In this document: positions 38,521 to 52,327 of the stretch, in pieces
How positions within the stretch are numbered: position 1 is the first letter of the stretch
How the letters are laid out: every line of letters starts with the position of its first letter
Origin: an uncultured Pseudomonadota bacterium
GTDB lineage: Bacteria > Vulcanimicrobiota > Vulcanimicrobiia > Eremiobacterales > Eremiobacteraceae
Direction: 5' to 3'
Assembly (NCBI GenBank): GCA_963736005.1
Contig: CAVTNB010000002.1
Span: forward strand, 64,001-128,000
Length of the DNA stretch: 64,000 nt
Position numbers and translations under genes: made by a program
The notes under the pieces: generated by a model
What the model was told of the DNA's origin: nothing
The model's input: the letters and a program-made list of their open reading frames with translations, nothing else
The model's database searches: none

Positions 38521-39991
38521 GAAACTCACGTAACGAGGATTTCACCATGGCGCTCCACTGCGATCGCGTACGCTCCAGCGTCAACGTCGCGTCCTGCTGT
38601 TTGCTTAGGTGTCCAAGCACGTCGGCAAGCCGGTCGATCGGGAGACTGTCAAGCAGTCCGTCATTGAACGCAACCAGCCACGCCATATCGAGCTCCACGG
38701 AAGCGCAGGTCAGTCGCTCCTGCTTCAAGAGCTCGCGCAAGCGCGCACCTCGCGCGATCCGCGCCTCGGTCGATGCCTCTAAGCGAGTCCCGAAGTGAGT
38801 AAACGCTTCAAGCTCTAACGCTTGCAAGTATTCCAACCGCATACGGCCCGCTTCTGTGCGTAAAAGCGGATGCTGGGCTCTTCCTCCGATGCGCGAAACT
38901 GATTTGGTGACATCAATCGCAGGCAGAATACCCGATGCAAAAAGGCGAGCATCGAAATAGATTTGCCCGTCGGTAATGGAGATGAGATTGGTTGGAATAA
39001 AGTCGGCAATTTCTCCCTGTCGCGTTTCAATGATCGGCAGCGCGGTCAGCGTGCCGCCCCCGAACGTCTCGTTCAGGCACGTTGCGCGCTCGAGCAGTCT
39101 GGAGTGCAGGAAGAAAATGTCGCCCGGATACGCCTCGCGACCCGGCGGGCGCCGGAGGATCAATGACAACGCACGATATGCGTCCGCATGTTTTGAAAGG
39201 TCGTCATACACGACGAGGGTGTCCCTGCCAGTTGCCGTCCAAGCTTCAGCTATGGTGCAGCCCGTGAATGGCGCCAAAAACGTAAGACCCGGACGTCGAT
39301 CCGCTTCAGCGACGACGACGGTCGTGTACGCCATCGCACCAGTTTTGTCGAGCGCCTCGAGAACGCCGACGAGTTTTGATCGACGCTGACCGATCAGCAC
39401 GTACACGCACCGGACGCCGGAACTCGCCTGGTTGATGACCGTCGCCAGGGCAACGCTCGTCTTCCCGGTGCCTGCATCCCCGATCATGAGTTGCCGTTGG
39501 CCTTTTCCAATCGGCAGCAGCGTATCGATAACTTTGACACCCGTGGCAAGCGGCTGGCGGACAAACTCTCGGGTGACAAGCGGAGGCGAACCCACGTCGA
39601 CTTCCTGCCACGCGGTGGCTGCCGGAATGTCCCCGCCATCAAGCGGGCGTCCGAGGGGATCGATGACCCTGCCGAGCAGCGCATCGCCGACAGGCGTTGC
39701 GGCTCTGCCATCGAGGAGCGACACTTCGTCTCCGGATGCGATGCCCAACTCGTCATCAAGCACGATCGCTCCGATTGCATGCTCGCGCAAGTGAAAGATG
39801 ATGCCGCGACCACCGCGCTCGAATTCCACGAGCTGGTCCAGCTTTGCAGACGGGAGGCCATCGATCCAGGCAACGCCGTCTCCTACGGCACCAACGCGAC
39901 CGCGTTCGCCGACCCGAAGGCGAAAGTCATATGTCTCAAGCTTTTTCTGTTGTCGCTCGAGTGGCAGGTTCGACGAGCCAGGCGTGTGCAT
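38504..39991 (-). CDS. atpA: N-type ATPase alpha subunit
   Basis: VGDGVA, PIGKGQRQL.IGD..TGKT, YDDLSKHA, RRPPGREAYPGD, PTNLISITDGQI. Confidence 0.95.
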   Translation of the reverse strand: MHTPGSSNLPLERQQKKLETYDFRLRVGERGRVGAVGDGVAWIDGLPSAKLDQLVEFERGGRGIIFHLREHAIGAIVLDDELGIASGDEVSLLDGRAATPVGDALLGRVIDPLGRPLDGGDIPAATAWQEVDVGSPPLVTREFVRQPLATGVKVIDTLLPIGKGQRQLMIGDAGTGKTSVALATVINQASSGVRCVYVLIGQRRSKLVGVLEALDKTGAMAYTTVVVAEADRRPGLTFLAPFTGCTIAEAWTATGRDTLVVYDDLSKHADAYRALSLILRRPPGREAYPGDIFFLHSRLLERATCLNETFGGGTLTALPIIETRQGEIADFIPTNLISITDGQIYFDARLFASGILPAIDVTKSVSRIGGRAQHPLLRTEAGRMRLEYLQALELEAFTHFGTRLEASTEARIARGARLRELLKQERLTCASVELDMAWLVAFNDGLLDSLPIDRLADVLGHLSKQQDATLTLERTRSQWSAMVKSSLREFHAEGP

Positions 39992-39992
39992 A

Positions 39993-40730
39993 TCAGGCCA
40001 TTCCATCAAAGAATCGCAGCTCGGCTTGAAGATTGGCGTCGAGCGTGAACGGTCCGACGTCGATTCGCAGCCCAGCGCGCAGCGCAGGATCTTGCTGGAA
40101 TTGAAGCTCCACAGGACGTCCGACAGCTGCGGACAGCGCGGTCTGGATGTGTCGGCGAGCCGTTTCGTCGAGGGGATATGCCGTCGTGACCGTCATCTTA
40201 CCCTCAGCTTCGCTGGCGGCCTTGCCGAGATCCGCGCGGGTTGCCGAAGCCAGAGCATCTAGGTCCGACGTCGCCAGATCGACGATGCCCGCCTCAAGGC
40301 TTGGCGAAGCGAGCCGGCCCAACATCTTTGAGAGAAACGCCGTTGCGTGCGACACTGCGGTATGCTCGTCCTCGTCCATGCGTAAGCGCAACTGCCGCTC
40401 TTGCTCCGCCATCGCGCGCTCGCGTTCTCGTTGCAGTTCATCCCTGAACGCCAACTTTGCCGCGGCACGTTCTGCTTCGAGCTCTTGGGAGAAGACACGC
40501 CGAGCTTCCACCTTCTCGCGCTCCCACGACTCCATGCGGTCGCGAAAGCGAGCTTCAACTTGCGCCGCCGCTTTTTCCCGATTCGCGGCGTCACTCAGAG
40601 CCTTATCGACCTGGGCACGACGAGTGGCGATTGCAGTGCGGATCGGCCGGTACAGCAGCCACGTCAGCAGCCAGGCGAGAATAAGGAAATTGACGATTTC
40701 CAGGACGAACGTAGTCCAACTGAATTCCAA
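39993..40730 (-). CDS. atpF: N-type ATPase long b subunit (with delta-like C-terminus)
   Basis: WTTF.LEIVNFLIL.WLL..LLYRP, coiled coil, and C-terminal DP.L.AGL.I. Confidence 0.9.
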   Translation of the reverse strand: MEFSWTTFVLEIVNFLILAWLLTWLLYRPIRTAIATRRAQVDKALSDAANREKAAAQVEARFRDRMESWEREKVEARRVFSQELEAERAAAKLAFRDELQRERERAMAEQERQLRLRMDEDEHTAVSHATAFLSKMLGRLASPSLEAGIVDLATSDLDALASATRADLGKAASEAEGKMTVTTAYPLDETARRHIQTALSAAVGRPVELQFQQDPALRAGLRIDVGPFTLDANLQAELRFFDGMA

Positions 40731-40739
40731 GACGACCGC

Positions 40740-41009
40740 TCACTTGTGAAGGAGATTTGCCAAGAGTGGATTCCGAAACAGTATGACGAGAACGATCACG
40801 AGCACGTAGATGGCCAAGGATTCGATCATTGCTAGGCCGATGAACAGCATCCGGGTGATCGAGGCTTCAGATTCGGGTTGGCGGGCCAGTGAATCCAACG
40901 CTTGCGAGATAACGCGACCCATAGCCAAGCCAGGCCCAATGGACGCGATGGCAATCGCAAGTCCGGCGACGATGGTGGAGGCGATGGTGAACCAGCCTAA
41001 TTCCGTCAT
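40740..41009 (-). CDS. atpE: N-type ATPase c subunit
   Basis: IGPGLAMG, ARQPE, LFIGLAMIESLAIY, LFRNP. Confidence 0.95.
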   Translation of the reverse strand: MTELGWFTIASTIVAGLAIAIASIGPGLAMGRVISQALDSLARQPESEASITRMLFIGLAMIESLAIYVLVIVLVILFRNPLLANLLHK

Positions 41010-41710
41010 AGTGAACCTGCTTTCTGCCGATCGTGGACATCTTGCGACGCGACCGAGCCTGCGACGTAAACGAGTGCGAGCATGCCAAAAATATAGGCTT
41101 GGATGACTGCTTCGAGCACATGAAGCATCAGCAAGGGCACCGGCACGAGCAGTCCGGCAAGCACAATAACGATGGCCGCGGCGAGCTGCAAGCTCATCAT
41201 GTTGCCGTACAACCTGATCGCAAGGGTTAGGCTCCTTGAGAACTCGCTGATGATCTGAAATGGTGTTAACAGTGGACTCGGGTCGATGTAGTGCCGTAGA
41301 TAGCGTCTCCAGCCATAGTACCGCACGGCAAACCAGTGCGTGTAGAGGAACACAAGCAACGCAAGAGCGGCCGTTGTCGAGAGGTCGCTTGTGGGGGAAC
41401 GCAGACCTGGTATGACGCCACTTAAGTTGGAAATCGCGATGAAGACCCACAAAGTCGCGATAAACGGCAAGACAGCCGCGCCGCCGCGCTCAGGAATCAC
41501 CGCGCGGATGTTTGCTTCCACTGCCTCGTAGAGTTGTTCCAACGTCACAAGGACGCCCTTTTTGGCATGGATGCTGCTTACTCGTGCAAGGGCCGCAAAA
41601 GCGACGAGCAAAATCATGATCCCCCACGTGACGACGACGGTTTCGGTAATGGCAAATGGTCCGATGCGAAAGACCGTGGGAATCGCAAATGGAACTTGCG
41701 CAGCGCTCAT
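41006..41710 (-). CDS. atpB: N-type ATPase a subunit
   Basis: PTSDLSTT.ALA, SRSLTLAIRLYGN, IQAYIF. Confidence 0.93.
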   Translation of the reverse strand: MSAAQVPFAIPTVFRIGPFAITETVVVTWGIMILLVAFAALARVSSIHAKKGVLVTLEQLYEAVEANIRAVIPERGGAAVLPFIATLWVFIAISNLSGVIPGLRSPTSDLSTTAALALLVFLYTHWFAVRYYGWRRYLRHYIDPSPLLTPFQIISEFSRSLTLAIRLYGNMMSLQLAAAIVIVLAGLLVPVPLLMLHVLEAVIQAYIFGMLALVYVAGSVASQDVHDRQKAGSL

Positions 41711-41972
41711 TTGCGCGTGATGTACGCGTATGCGCTGCCGAGCCCCACGACCAAGCCCAGCAGGATAAGACCAAGAGTCCACTCGATCGAGTATCCGGGC
41801 TGCCTGGAATCAAGCGAAATTCCGAGATACGCCCCGGCAACCATCGGCAACACGATCATGAGACCCAGCGTGCCGAGATAGGCGAGTTGCGCCAAGAAGG
41901 ACCGACGACCACCCTCCCGCATGCGGCTGGCCTGAAGCTGCACGCTGTGCTTCAAACGGTCGTTGACGCGTT

Positions 41973-41976
<4 letters not shown>
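41707..41976 (-). CDS. AtpQ (AtpZ/AtpI-family) accessory subunit
   Basis: G.LG..IVLP...G.YLG..LD; 2 TM; lies between atpC and atpB. Confidence 0.85.
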
Positions 41977-44385
<2,409 letters not shown>

Positions 44386-44389
<4 letters not shown>

Positions 44390-46767
44390 GTTCGCCCGTC
44401 GTTTCGAATCCCAGCGCACCCCCCTCAGAAGCCGAACTTCGGCTCATCGACGCCTATTGGCGCGCCGCCAACTATCTATCGGTAGGTCAGATCTACCTGC
44501 TGGACAACCCCTTGCTCGCCGAGCCCTTGAAGCCCGAACATACCAAACCTCGGCTGCTCGGTCACTGGGGCACGACGCCTGGCCTCAACTTCGCTTACGC
44601 GCACATGAACCGGGTGATCCGTCAGCATCATCTCAACGCAATCTTCATCATCGGCCCAGGCCACGGCGGACCCGCGGCGTTCGCGAACGCGTATCTCGAA
44701 GGGACGTATAGCGAGCTTCATCCCGAGATCGCGCAAAACACACTGGGCATGCTTCGTCTCTTCAAACAGTTTTCGTTCCCGGGGGGCGTGCCCAGCCATG
44801 CCTCTCCGGATGTGCCGGGTTCGATCAACGAGGGTGGGGAACTCGGGTATTCCCTCGCCCACGCGTACGGTGCAGTTTTCGACAATCCAGACCTGATCGC
44901 GTGTACGGTGATTGGCGACGGCGAAGCAGAGACTGGCGCGCTCGCGACCTCATGGCACTCCAACAAGTTTCTTAACCCGATCCGAGATGGCGCGGTCCTT
45001 CCCATCCTTCACCTCAATGGGTACAAAATCTCGGGTCCAACGGTGCTGGCCCGCATTCCCGAGTCGGAATTGGTCGCGTTGTTTGAAGGTTATGGGTATC
45101 GAGTTGAGGTCGTTGCGGGCGACGATCCGATGACGATGCATCGCACGATGGCGGCAACGCTCGATCGGGTGGTCGTGGAGATCAAGGCGATTCAAGAGCT
45201 TACGCGAGCGAATGGCTTTTCAACGCGACCGGTGTGGCCTATGATTATCTTGCGGACGCCCAAGGGATGGACAGGGCCAAAGAAGGTCGACGGGATCCAG
45301 ATTGAGGGGACGTTTCGCGCCCATCAGGTGCCTCTGACCGATGTCCGCACGAATCCAAAGCACTTGCAGCAACTCGAAGAATGGATGCGCAGCTATCGTC
45401 CCCAGGAGTTGTTTGACGCCAACGGCCGTTTGAACTACGAGGTGGCCACAACGGCACCGCGCGGCGAGCGGCGCATGAGCGCTAACCCGCACGCGAATGG
45501 CGGCTTGCTGCTGCGCGATCTCATCGTGCCTGACTTTCGCGCTTATGCCGTACCTGTGCCGCGCCCCGGAGCAGTCACGGGGGAAGCGACACGGCAGCTC
45601 GGCAATTTTTTGCGCGACCTCATGAGGGCCAATCCTCACACCTTCCGCGTTGTTGGACCTGACGAGACCGATTCCAATCGGCTGGGTGCGCTCTTCGAAG
45701 TTACCAACCGTTGTTCGACGGCCATCGTGCTCCCGTCGGACGATCATGTCTCACCCGACGGTCGCGTGATGGAGATATTGAGCGAGCACCTTTGCGAAGG
45801 CTGGCTCGAAGGATATCTCTTGACAGGACGCCACGGATTTTTCTCTTGTTACGAGGCGTTTATCCATATCATTGATTCGATGTTCAACCAGCACGCCAAG
45901 TGGTTGAAATCATGCATGAGCATCGACTGGCGCCGCCCCATCGCATCGCTGAACATTCTCTTGACATCGCACGTGTGGCGACAGGATCACAATGGCTTCA
46001 GCCACCAAGACCCGGGATTCCTCGACATCGTTCTCAACAAGAAGGCGGAGATCGTACGGGTCTACCTCCCTCCAGATGCGAACTGTTTGCTTTCGGTTGC
46101 CGATCATTGCTTGCGATCTCGTAATTACGTCAACGTGATTGTTGCTGGCAAACAACCGGAGTGGCAGTGGTTAGACATGGATGCGGCGATCCGCCATTGC
46201 ACGTCGGGTATCGGCATCTGGGAGTGGGCGAGCACGGACGGAGGCGACTCCCCGGATGTCCTCATGGCCTGCGCCGGAGATGTACCTACGCTTGAAGCGC
46301 TTGCGGCCGTCGATTTCTTGCATCGGCACGTTCCCGACCTAAGAATACGCGTTGTCAACGTCGTGGATCTCATGACGCTGCAGCCTCAAAACGAGCATCC
46401 CCACGGGCTCAGCGACGCAGAGTTCGACTCGATTTTCACAACCGACCGGCCTATTATCTTTGCCTTTCACGGGTACCCGTGGCTCATCCACAGGCTCACG
46501 TATCGCCGCCACGGCCATGACAATCTTCACGTGCGAGGCTACAAAGAAGAAGGAACGATTACGACGCCGTTCGACATGACCGTGAGAAACGATTTGGACC
46601 GCTTCCATCTCGCCGGCGATGCGATCGACCGGGTAGTGCGATTGCGCGATGTAGCTGCCCGCGCCAAGCAGATTATCCGTGACAAGTTAATCGAGCATCG
46701 CGCGTATGTCGAGCGCTATGGGGAGGACATGCCCGAAATCCGCAACTGGCAGTGGCCACAAACGTAG
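44386..46767 (+). CDS. xfp: Phosphoketolase (xylulose-5-P/fructose-6-P)
   Basis: [48 protein letters not shown]. Confidence 0.97.
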
Positions 46768-46772
46768 CCTCG

Positions 46773-47222
46773 TCAACAAACCTTGCAGGGACCAACAAAG
46801 CATACAGACGTCGAGCGGTCATGGAACGTCAGTTTCTGCGGGCTCAAGCAATGGTTCATCCCAGCGATGAGCGCGGTCGCCGTCGCGGATGGCACGCCGT
46901 AGCTGGCTAAACCGCTGGCGCGGGTGATTTCCCCGCCACCTCCACCAAGGGGTACCCAGCCAATCCCGAATTTCTTTTGGAAGACTTTCTCGCCGCTCAT
47001 TTGACCGCTTTGCCATAGCGCGATGGCATAGCTCTCGCTCAAGGCAACCTTCGTCACGCGAGCCTCGGGTGAACCTGGCTTGAGTTCCTTTGCGAGCATA
47101 GACGTCGTCATGGTGACGATCTGTGTGGCGTCGGAATTGGTTTGTGCCAGTGCCATCGGCGTGCAAAGCACGATAAAAGCGAAGGCGGCACACATGTGCA
47201 GTGCTAAGGACCTCTTTGGCAT
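46773..47222 (-). CDS. Small secreted hypothetical protein with Cys-rich C-terminus
   Basis: Signal peptide (..ALA-Q); TAATG coupling to the upstream USP. Confidence 0.65.
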   Translation of the reverse strand: MPKRSLALHMCAAFAFIVLCTPMALAQTNSDATQIVTMTTSMLAKELKPGSPEARVTKVALSESYAIALWQSGQMSGEKVFQKKFGIGWVPLGGGGGEITRASGLASYGVPSATATALIAGMNHCLSPQKLTFHDRSTSVCFVGPCKVC

Positions 47223-47680
47223 TACTTGCTCCTATCGCTCGCCTCTTTATGACGGACTGCGAGCACTGGTATCGACGACTTTCGGAGCACGCCCTCGGTC
47301 GTGCTTCCCATGATGGCGCGCTCGAAGCCGCCGCGACCGTGCGTGCCAATGACGATGAGATCAGGTTGCTTTTCCTTGACGAGGCGCAGGATCATTGGGA
47401 TGGTATCTTCCGCAGCAGACTCCGAGCTCGCCTCGACGCCGGCACTCTTCGCTCTGGCTTCGGCAGTTTGGAGTACCTTAGCGCCGTAGTCACGCTCCTG
47501 CTGAATCGCAAAGGTTGGGTCGATGGTCGGCGTGGATGCGGCATTGATGAGCGCGATCTCTTCGAGCGCATGACAAAAAATGAGCTTCGCTTGCTGGTCT
47601 CGGGCCAGCGAAATTGCGAGTGCAACGGCTTCGTCTGACGTCGGGGAACCGTCCACCGGCACAAGCATCGTCTTGAACAT
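47222..47680 (-). CDS. Universal stress protein
   Basis: LVPVDGS, IGTHGRGG....MGSTTE, IPVLAV. Confidence 0.95.
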   Translation of the reverse strand: MFKTMLVPVDGSPTSDEAVALAISLARDQQAKLIFCHALEEIALINAASTPTIDPTFAIQQERDYGAKVLQTAEARAKSAGVEASSESAAEDTIPMILRLVKEKQPDLIVIGTHGRGGFERAIMGSTTEGVLRKSSIPVLAVRHKEASDRSK

Positions 47681-47719
47681 ACCGCGCGCTTCGGCGCACC
47701 TCGCTGGCCTTTCCTTGCC

Positions 47720-48433
47720 CTACCCACCAGATAGGCAACGCCGAATCTTTTTCACCTCAAGCATAAAGGGTACCTGATCTTCAGTCCGAGGTCGCGCGAG
47801 CGTTATCGGGATAATCTCCTTGAGCGTGCCCTCGTTCATGACCCCGACGCGATCGGCGAGGACAACGGCCTCTTCAAAATGATGGGAGACCATGACGATC
47901 GTCTTTTTCGTTGCTTCCCAAATTTCCAGCAATTCACCATAGAGTTCATCGCAGATGAGTGGATCGAGTGCAGAAAATGGCTCGTCCAAAAGCAAGACAT
48001 CCGATTCAACGGCAAGCGCGCGCGCAATGCCGACGCGTTGCCGTTGGCCCCCCGACAACTCCCTTGGGTACTTCCCGGCGAAGGTTTCGAGATGCACCAT
48101 CTGAAGATAGTGCTGGGTGAGGTCCTTGATTTTTTCTTCTTCGAAATTCTGCATGCGAGCGGCAAACGCGACATTGCCTTCCACCGTAAGCCACGGCAGC
48201 AGAGCGTACGACTGGAACACCATCCCAACGTGATGTGGCCTCACGAGCGTGCCGTTTGAAGGATTTTCGATTCCAGCGATCATCTTGAGCACGGTGGATT
48301 TTCCGCATCCTGATGGTCCCACGAGACAAAAAAATTCACCGCGATATATCGCGAGGGAAAAATCGCGCACCACGTAGACCGGAGGCGTTTCGTACGATTT
48401 GTTGACGTTGGTGAAAACAATCGGCGTTTCCAC
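47720..48433 (-). CDS. ABC ATPase, nitrate/sulfonate/taurine (TauB/SsuB-like) family
   Basis: GPSGCGKS, VFQSYALLPW, LSGGQRQR, LLDEPFSALD. Confidence 0.93.
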   Translation of the reverse strand: METPIVFTNVNKSYETPPVYVVRDFSLAIYRGEFFCLVGPSGCGKSTVLKMIAGIENPSNGTLVRPHHVGMVFQSYALLPWLTVEGNVAFAARMQNFEEEKIKDLTQHYLQMVHLETFAGKYPRELSGGQRQRVGIARALAVESDVLLLDEPFSALDPLICDELYGELLEIWEATKKTIVMVSHHFEEAVVLADRVGVMNEGTLKEIIPITLARPRTEDQVPFMLEVKKIRRCLSGG

Positions 48434-49245
48434 TAGTCAAACCTGAATCTCTGGGCGAAATGAAGCAGCGGCTGCCACACAAGAACATTGATGAAGGCGA
48501 TGAGCGCAATCATCACTGCCAGTGTCGCCACAAAGACCGACGTTTGTCCTCGTGCATTTGAATCGACCAGCAGGCTGCCTAAGCCGAGTAAGTCTTGCGA
48601 AGGAGTTCCATGAGGAATGTAGGTGTGCAAAACTTCGGCGACGATGACAATGGTCCAACCTTGTGCCCAGGCCAAGAGCGACCCGGTTATGACGAAGGGG
48701 ACGATCGCAGGAAGCGTGATGTACCAAAACTTCCTAAAACCGCGAGCATTGAAAACAATCGCCGCGTACTTCACATCGTCAGGGATTGTTTGCAAGCCCC
48801 CGATGACTGGAAAGACGATATTCCAGATCATTTGTATGAAGATGACGAAGACGGCGGCCAGTTCGAACGCATGATATGCGGTGAAAAAGACAACCACGAC
48901 GGGGAAAAACGCAAGCACCGGTACCGACTGCAAAATATCGGCTATGGGAAGAAAAATTCGTTGCATTCGGGGAGTGCTGGCGATGAACAAAGCCAGCGGA
49001 ATAGAAACCGCCAACGAGACAATGTATGCTAAGAACATACGATAGAACGTGTTGGCTGTTCCAGCTAATATGTCTCTCATGGAAATCCGGTTGATGTCGA
49101 AAGCATTCCTGGGGTTCACGAAGTGAAAAACCAGAACGGTAATGACAATGGCGAGAGCGATAACGATGCCGACCGAAACGAGATGCCGTCCGAGGGTTGT
49201 TTGATAGAAGAGGTGAGGACGATGCGCATAGCGTCGTACCTTCAT
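48433..49245 (-). CDS. ABC permease, nitrate/sulfonate family
   Basis: DILQSVPVLAFFP, LPAIVP..ITG, AE, GLG; ATG 49245 lies 4 nt after the upstream stop. Confidence 0.9.
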   Translation of the reverse strand: MKVRRYAHRPHLFYQTTLGRHLVSVGIVIALAIVITVLVFHFVNPRNAFDINRISMRDILAGTANTFYRMFLAYIVSLAVSIPLALFIASTPRMQRIFLPIADILQSVPVLAFFPVVVVFFTAYHAFELAAVFVIFIQMIWNIVFPVIGGLQTIPDDVKYAAIVFNARGFRKFWYITLPAIVPFVITGSLLAWAQGWTIVIVAEVLHTYIPHGTPSQDLLGLGSLLVDSNARGQTSVFVATLAVMIALIAFINVLVWQPLLHFAQRFRFD

Positions 49246-49249
49246 CTGA

Positions 49250-52012
49250 CTATATTTCAATGCGGGCGACTGCCACTTTCCAATCCGTCCCTTGCGTGAT
49301 GCGAAAGCCAAGCTCGGAGCAAATATGCAGCATGGCCCCATTGGTCGAAAGAATATAGCCAACCACGCTGCCGATGTCTTCGCGTCGTGCGATGTCAACC
49401 AGTCGGCGCAAGAGCTCGCGCCCGATGCCAAGTCCTTGACGATCGTCCTCCACCGTGAGAGCGAACTCAGCCTGGCCGCCTTCGTGTTCCAAAATGAGAC
49501 GTCCAATGGCGATAATCTTCGGCATCGGCGGCGAGTCTTCAACCGCAACGAGCGCCATCTCGCGTGCGTAGTCAATGAAACAAACTCGCGATAGGCGCTG
49601 ATGTTGCACGCGATCGCTCAAGCGCGCCAACTGCGCGTACCGCTTGTAAACGGTCTCATCGGACAAGCGCTCGTGGAATTGCGCTACAAGCCCTTCATCT
49701 TCCGGACGAATCGGGCGAATGGTCAGCGTCCGTCCATCGGTTGCAGTCCACGTGGCTTCGTACTGCGCAGGATAGGGACGGATCGCAGGCTCGGGGAGAT
49801 CGGCATCGGCACGTGCCGGTTCGTGGAGAATAGCTCGCGCATCGAGCGCGAGCAAACCGTGCTCCGATGCGAACAGCGGATTCATTTCTATTTCTTTGAT
49901 GCGCCGCTGCTCGATGACGAGTTCACTAAAACGAACCAAGAGTTGTTCGAGCGCCAAGAGATCGATGGATTTTCGGCCGCGCACTCCACGCAGCGCTCGG
50001 TAGATGCGTGTTCGCTCCATCATCCGGCGGGCCAGCGTGGTATTCAGCGGCGCAAGCCCGAGCGCGCGATCGTGGAAAACTTCAACCAAGGCGCCGCCGA
50101 GACCGAAGACGATGACAGGTCCAAATTGCTCGTCGACGCTGGAACCGACGAGCAGCTCGTATCCCTCGAGCGCGACCATTGGTTGGACCGTAACGCCGAG
50201 AAATGGTTCGACGCCAGAGACGATCCTCGCGGCTGCCGATATGGCGGCAAACGCGTCTCGAACCCCTGCTGAATCGGCCACTCCCAACTTCACGCCACCG
50301 ACGTCACTCTTGTGCGTTACGGTCGTCGAATGCAACTTCACGGCAACTGGATAGCCAATCTTGTTGGCGGCGCGGACCGCGTCGTCTGCGTTTGTGGCTA
50401 AGGTCGTCTCCACAGTTGGAATGCCGTATGCCGCTAGCAGGCGTTTCGACTCGTACTCCGTGAGCAGCGTGCGGCCCTCGGCCGATGTCTGGGCGATAAG
50501 GGCTTTCACCGCCATGCGATCTGGGGCCAAACGTTCCTGGTCGAGCACGGGCGTTTCATACAGCGCGCGCAGCGCGTCGTCATAGCGCCACATGTAATTG
50601 AAGACGCGTGCCGCGGTGTCCGGATACCCATACGTTGGTATGCCCGCCTTCTTCAGGGCGGTTGCGCCGTGGGCAACACCTCCACCACCCATCCATGTCG
50701 CGATGACCGGCTTTCCCGTTTGGGAGACGACGGGAATGATAGCGCTCGCGACATCAAGCGGGGCCGCAACAGCTTGGGGCGCATAGACAATGAGGAGGCC
50801 ATCAGCATTGGGTTCGGCTCGGCAAATTTCAACAGCCTGCGCGTAACGCTCCGGGGTTGCATCGCCGAGAATATCGACGGGATTCCCATGGCTCCAATGT
50901 TCCGGCAGAAGCGCATCGATCGATGCGCGGGTAGCCGGCGAAAGTTCGGCGGCATCGCCGCCGCCGGCAACAAGAGCGTCCGTAGCCAGCACGCCGCCTC
51001 CGCCTGCATTTGTCACGATGATGAGCCTCTTGCCCTTTGGGCGGGGCTGCTTCGCCAAGGCTTCAGCCATATAAAACAGCTCGGCGAGCGAGTTGACGCG
51101 CAGAACGCCGCACCGGCGAAAGGCCGCGTCCACAACGTCATCGCTGCCCACGAGCGCCCCGGTGTGCGATGCTGCCGCGCGTGCCGCAGCGGCCGAGCGC
51201 CCACCCTTGATGACGATAATTGGTTTGCTCATTGCAACTTCGCGCGCGGCCGAAAGGAACGACCGCGAGTCGCCGATTGATTCCATGTAGAGAATGATGG
51301 CCTTCGTCGCTGGATCGTCACCGAGGTAATCGATCACATCGCCCCAGCCGACGTCGACCATCGACCCCAACGACGCAAAATGACTGAAACCGACGCTCTC
51401 GGTCAGGCTCCAGTCCAAAATGGCAGTGCCGAGCGCTCCGCTCTGGCTGATGAAGCCAATGTTGCCCACAAGCACGCGAGTGTCTGCGAACGTCGCGTTC
51501 AAGCCGATGTCGGGACTTATGACGCCGAGACAATTTGGGCCGATGACGCGCATACCAGTCTCGCGCGCGTTAGCAGCGATGCTACGCTCGAGCTCAGCGC
51601 CGTGCTGGCCAGTCTCCCGAAAGCCGGCGGAGATCACAATCGCACCTCCCACTCCGGCCCGCGCACATTGCAGGACGATGTCCGGCACGGTCGCCGCCGG
51701 AGTCACGATGACGGCCAAGTCGACGGGCGAAGGGACTTGGGTGATATCCGGGTAGCATTGACGCCCCATCATCGTGGGGTGCTTTGGGTTTACCGGGTAG
51801 ATGTTGCCGCGAAATTCGGGATTGAGAAGATTGGCAAGAATGGCGTACCCGACGGATGCTCGGCGCTCGGTCGCGCCGATGACCGCAACGCTGCGCGGAT
51901 GAAAGATTGCGCGCAAACGTTGGACGCCCGACCGAGCACGCATGATGTCATGCGCAGGCTCGATCGCCGGAGGCACGGTCGCATCTCTTTGCTTCGCATC
52001 TCGTGCATCCAC
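49250..52012 (-). CDS. Acetate-CoA ligase (ADP-forming) alpha/beta fused to a C-terminal GNAT (Pat/YfiQ architecture)
   Basis: [61 protein letters not shown]. Start may be 51943. Confidence 0.93.
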   Translation of the reverse strand: MDARDAKQRDATVPPAIEPAHDIMRARSGVQRLRAIFHPRSVAVIGATERRASVGYAILANLLNPEFRGNIYPVNPKHPTMMGRQCYPDITQVPSPVDLAVIVTPAATVPDIVLQCARAGVGGAIVISAGFRETGQHGAELERSIAANARETGMRVIGPNCLGVISPDIGLNATFADTRVLVGNIGFISQSGALGTAILDWSLTESVGFSHFASLGSMVDVGWGDVIDYLGDDPATKAIILYMESIGDSRSFLSAAREVAMSKPIIVIKGGRSAAAARAAASHTGALVGSDDVVDAAFRRCGVLRVNSLAELFYMAEALAKQPRPKGKRLIIVTNAGGGGVLATDALVAGGGDAAELSPATRASIDALLPEHWSHGNPVDILGDATPERYAQAVEICRAEPNADGLLIVYAPQAVAAPLDVASAIIPVVSQTGKPVIATWMGGGGVAHGATALKKAGIPTYGYPDTAARVFNYMWRYDDALRALYETPVLDQERLAPDRMAVKALIAQTSAEGRTLLTEYESKRLLAAYGIPTVETTLATNADDAVRAANKIGYPVAVKLHSTTVTHKSDVGGVKLGVADSAGVRDAFAAISAAARIVSGVEPFLGVTVQPMVALEGYELLVGSSVDEQFGPVIVFGLGGALVEVFHDRALGLAPLNTTLARRMMERTRIYRALRGVRGRKSIDLLALEQLLVRFSELVIEQRRIKEIEMNPLFASEHGLLALDARAILHEPARADADLPEPAIRPYPAQYEATWTATDGRTLTIRPIRPEDEGLVAQFHERLSDETVYKRYAQLARLSDRVQHQRLSRVCFIDYAREMALVAVEDSPPMPKIIAIGRLILEHEGGQAEFALTVEDDRQGLGIGRELLRRLVDIARREDIGSVVGYILSTNGAMLHICSELGFRITQGTDWKVAVARIEI

Positions 52013-52067
52013 GATGCAGCGTGCTACGCGCTGTATCCGCGCCCGCCCTGCGCCGATTGCGGACGAT

Positions 52068-52101
52068 CGAAAAAGAGGCTGCGGACGTTATTGCCGCAGC
52101 C
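52068..52101 (-). terminator. Intrinsic terminator-like hairpin upstream of the ligase-GNAT gene
   Basis: Minus strand GGCTGCGG-caataacgt-CCGCAGCC-TCTTTTT. Confidence 0.6.
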
Positions 52102-52327
52102 TTGGTATTTTGTCGAAAATGGGATTGTGTTCTGCCCTTTGACCTGCGTGATCCGCAGTGAAGAAGCTCGAGGCTGCGTCGCGAACCGTACCTTGGAGTC
52201 TTCTTCCAAGCTGCTCTGCCAAACTGGCGATCCCGGCATCAAGCCGAACAGCTCATCCCACTTACGGCACAATCCTACTGGCCAGGCATGATGGTTTGGT
52301 GAAGTTCTCGTGATGAGATGCGGCTGG

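Noticed and set aside
52139..52152. FNR/CRP box (TTGACctgcGTGAT)
   Set aside because: The right half-site is poor and I saw no matching sites at other promoters in the block.
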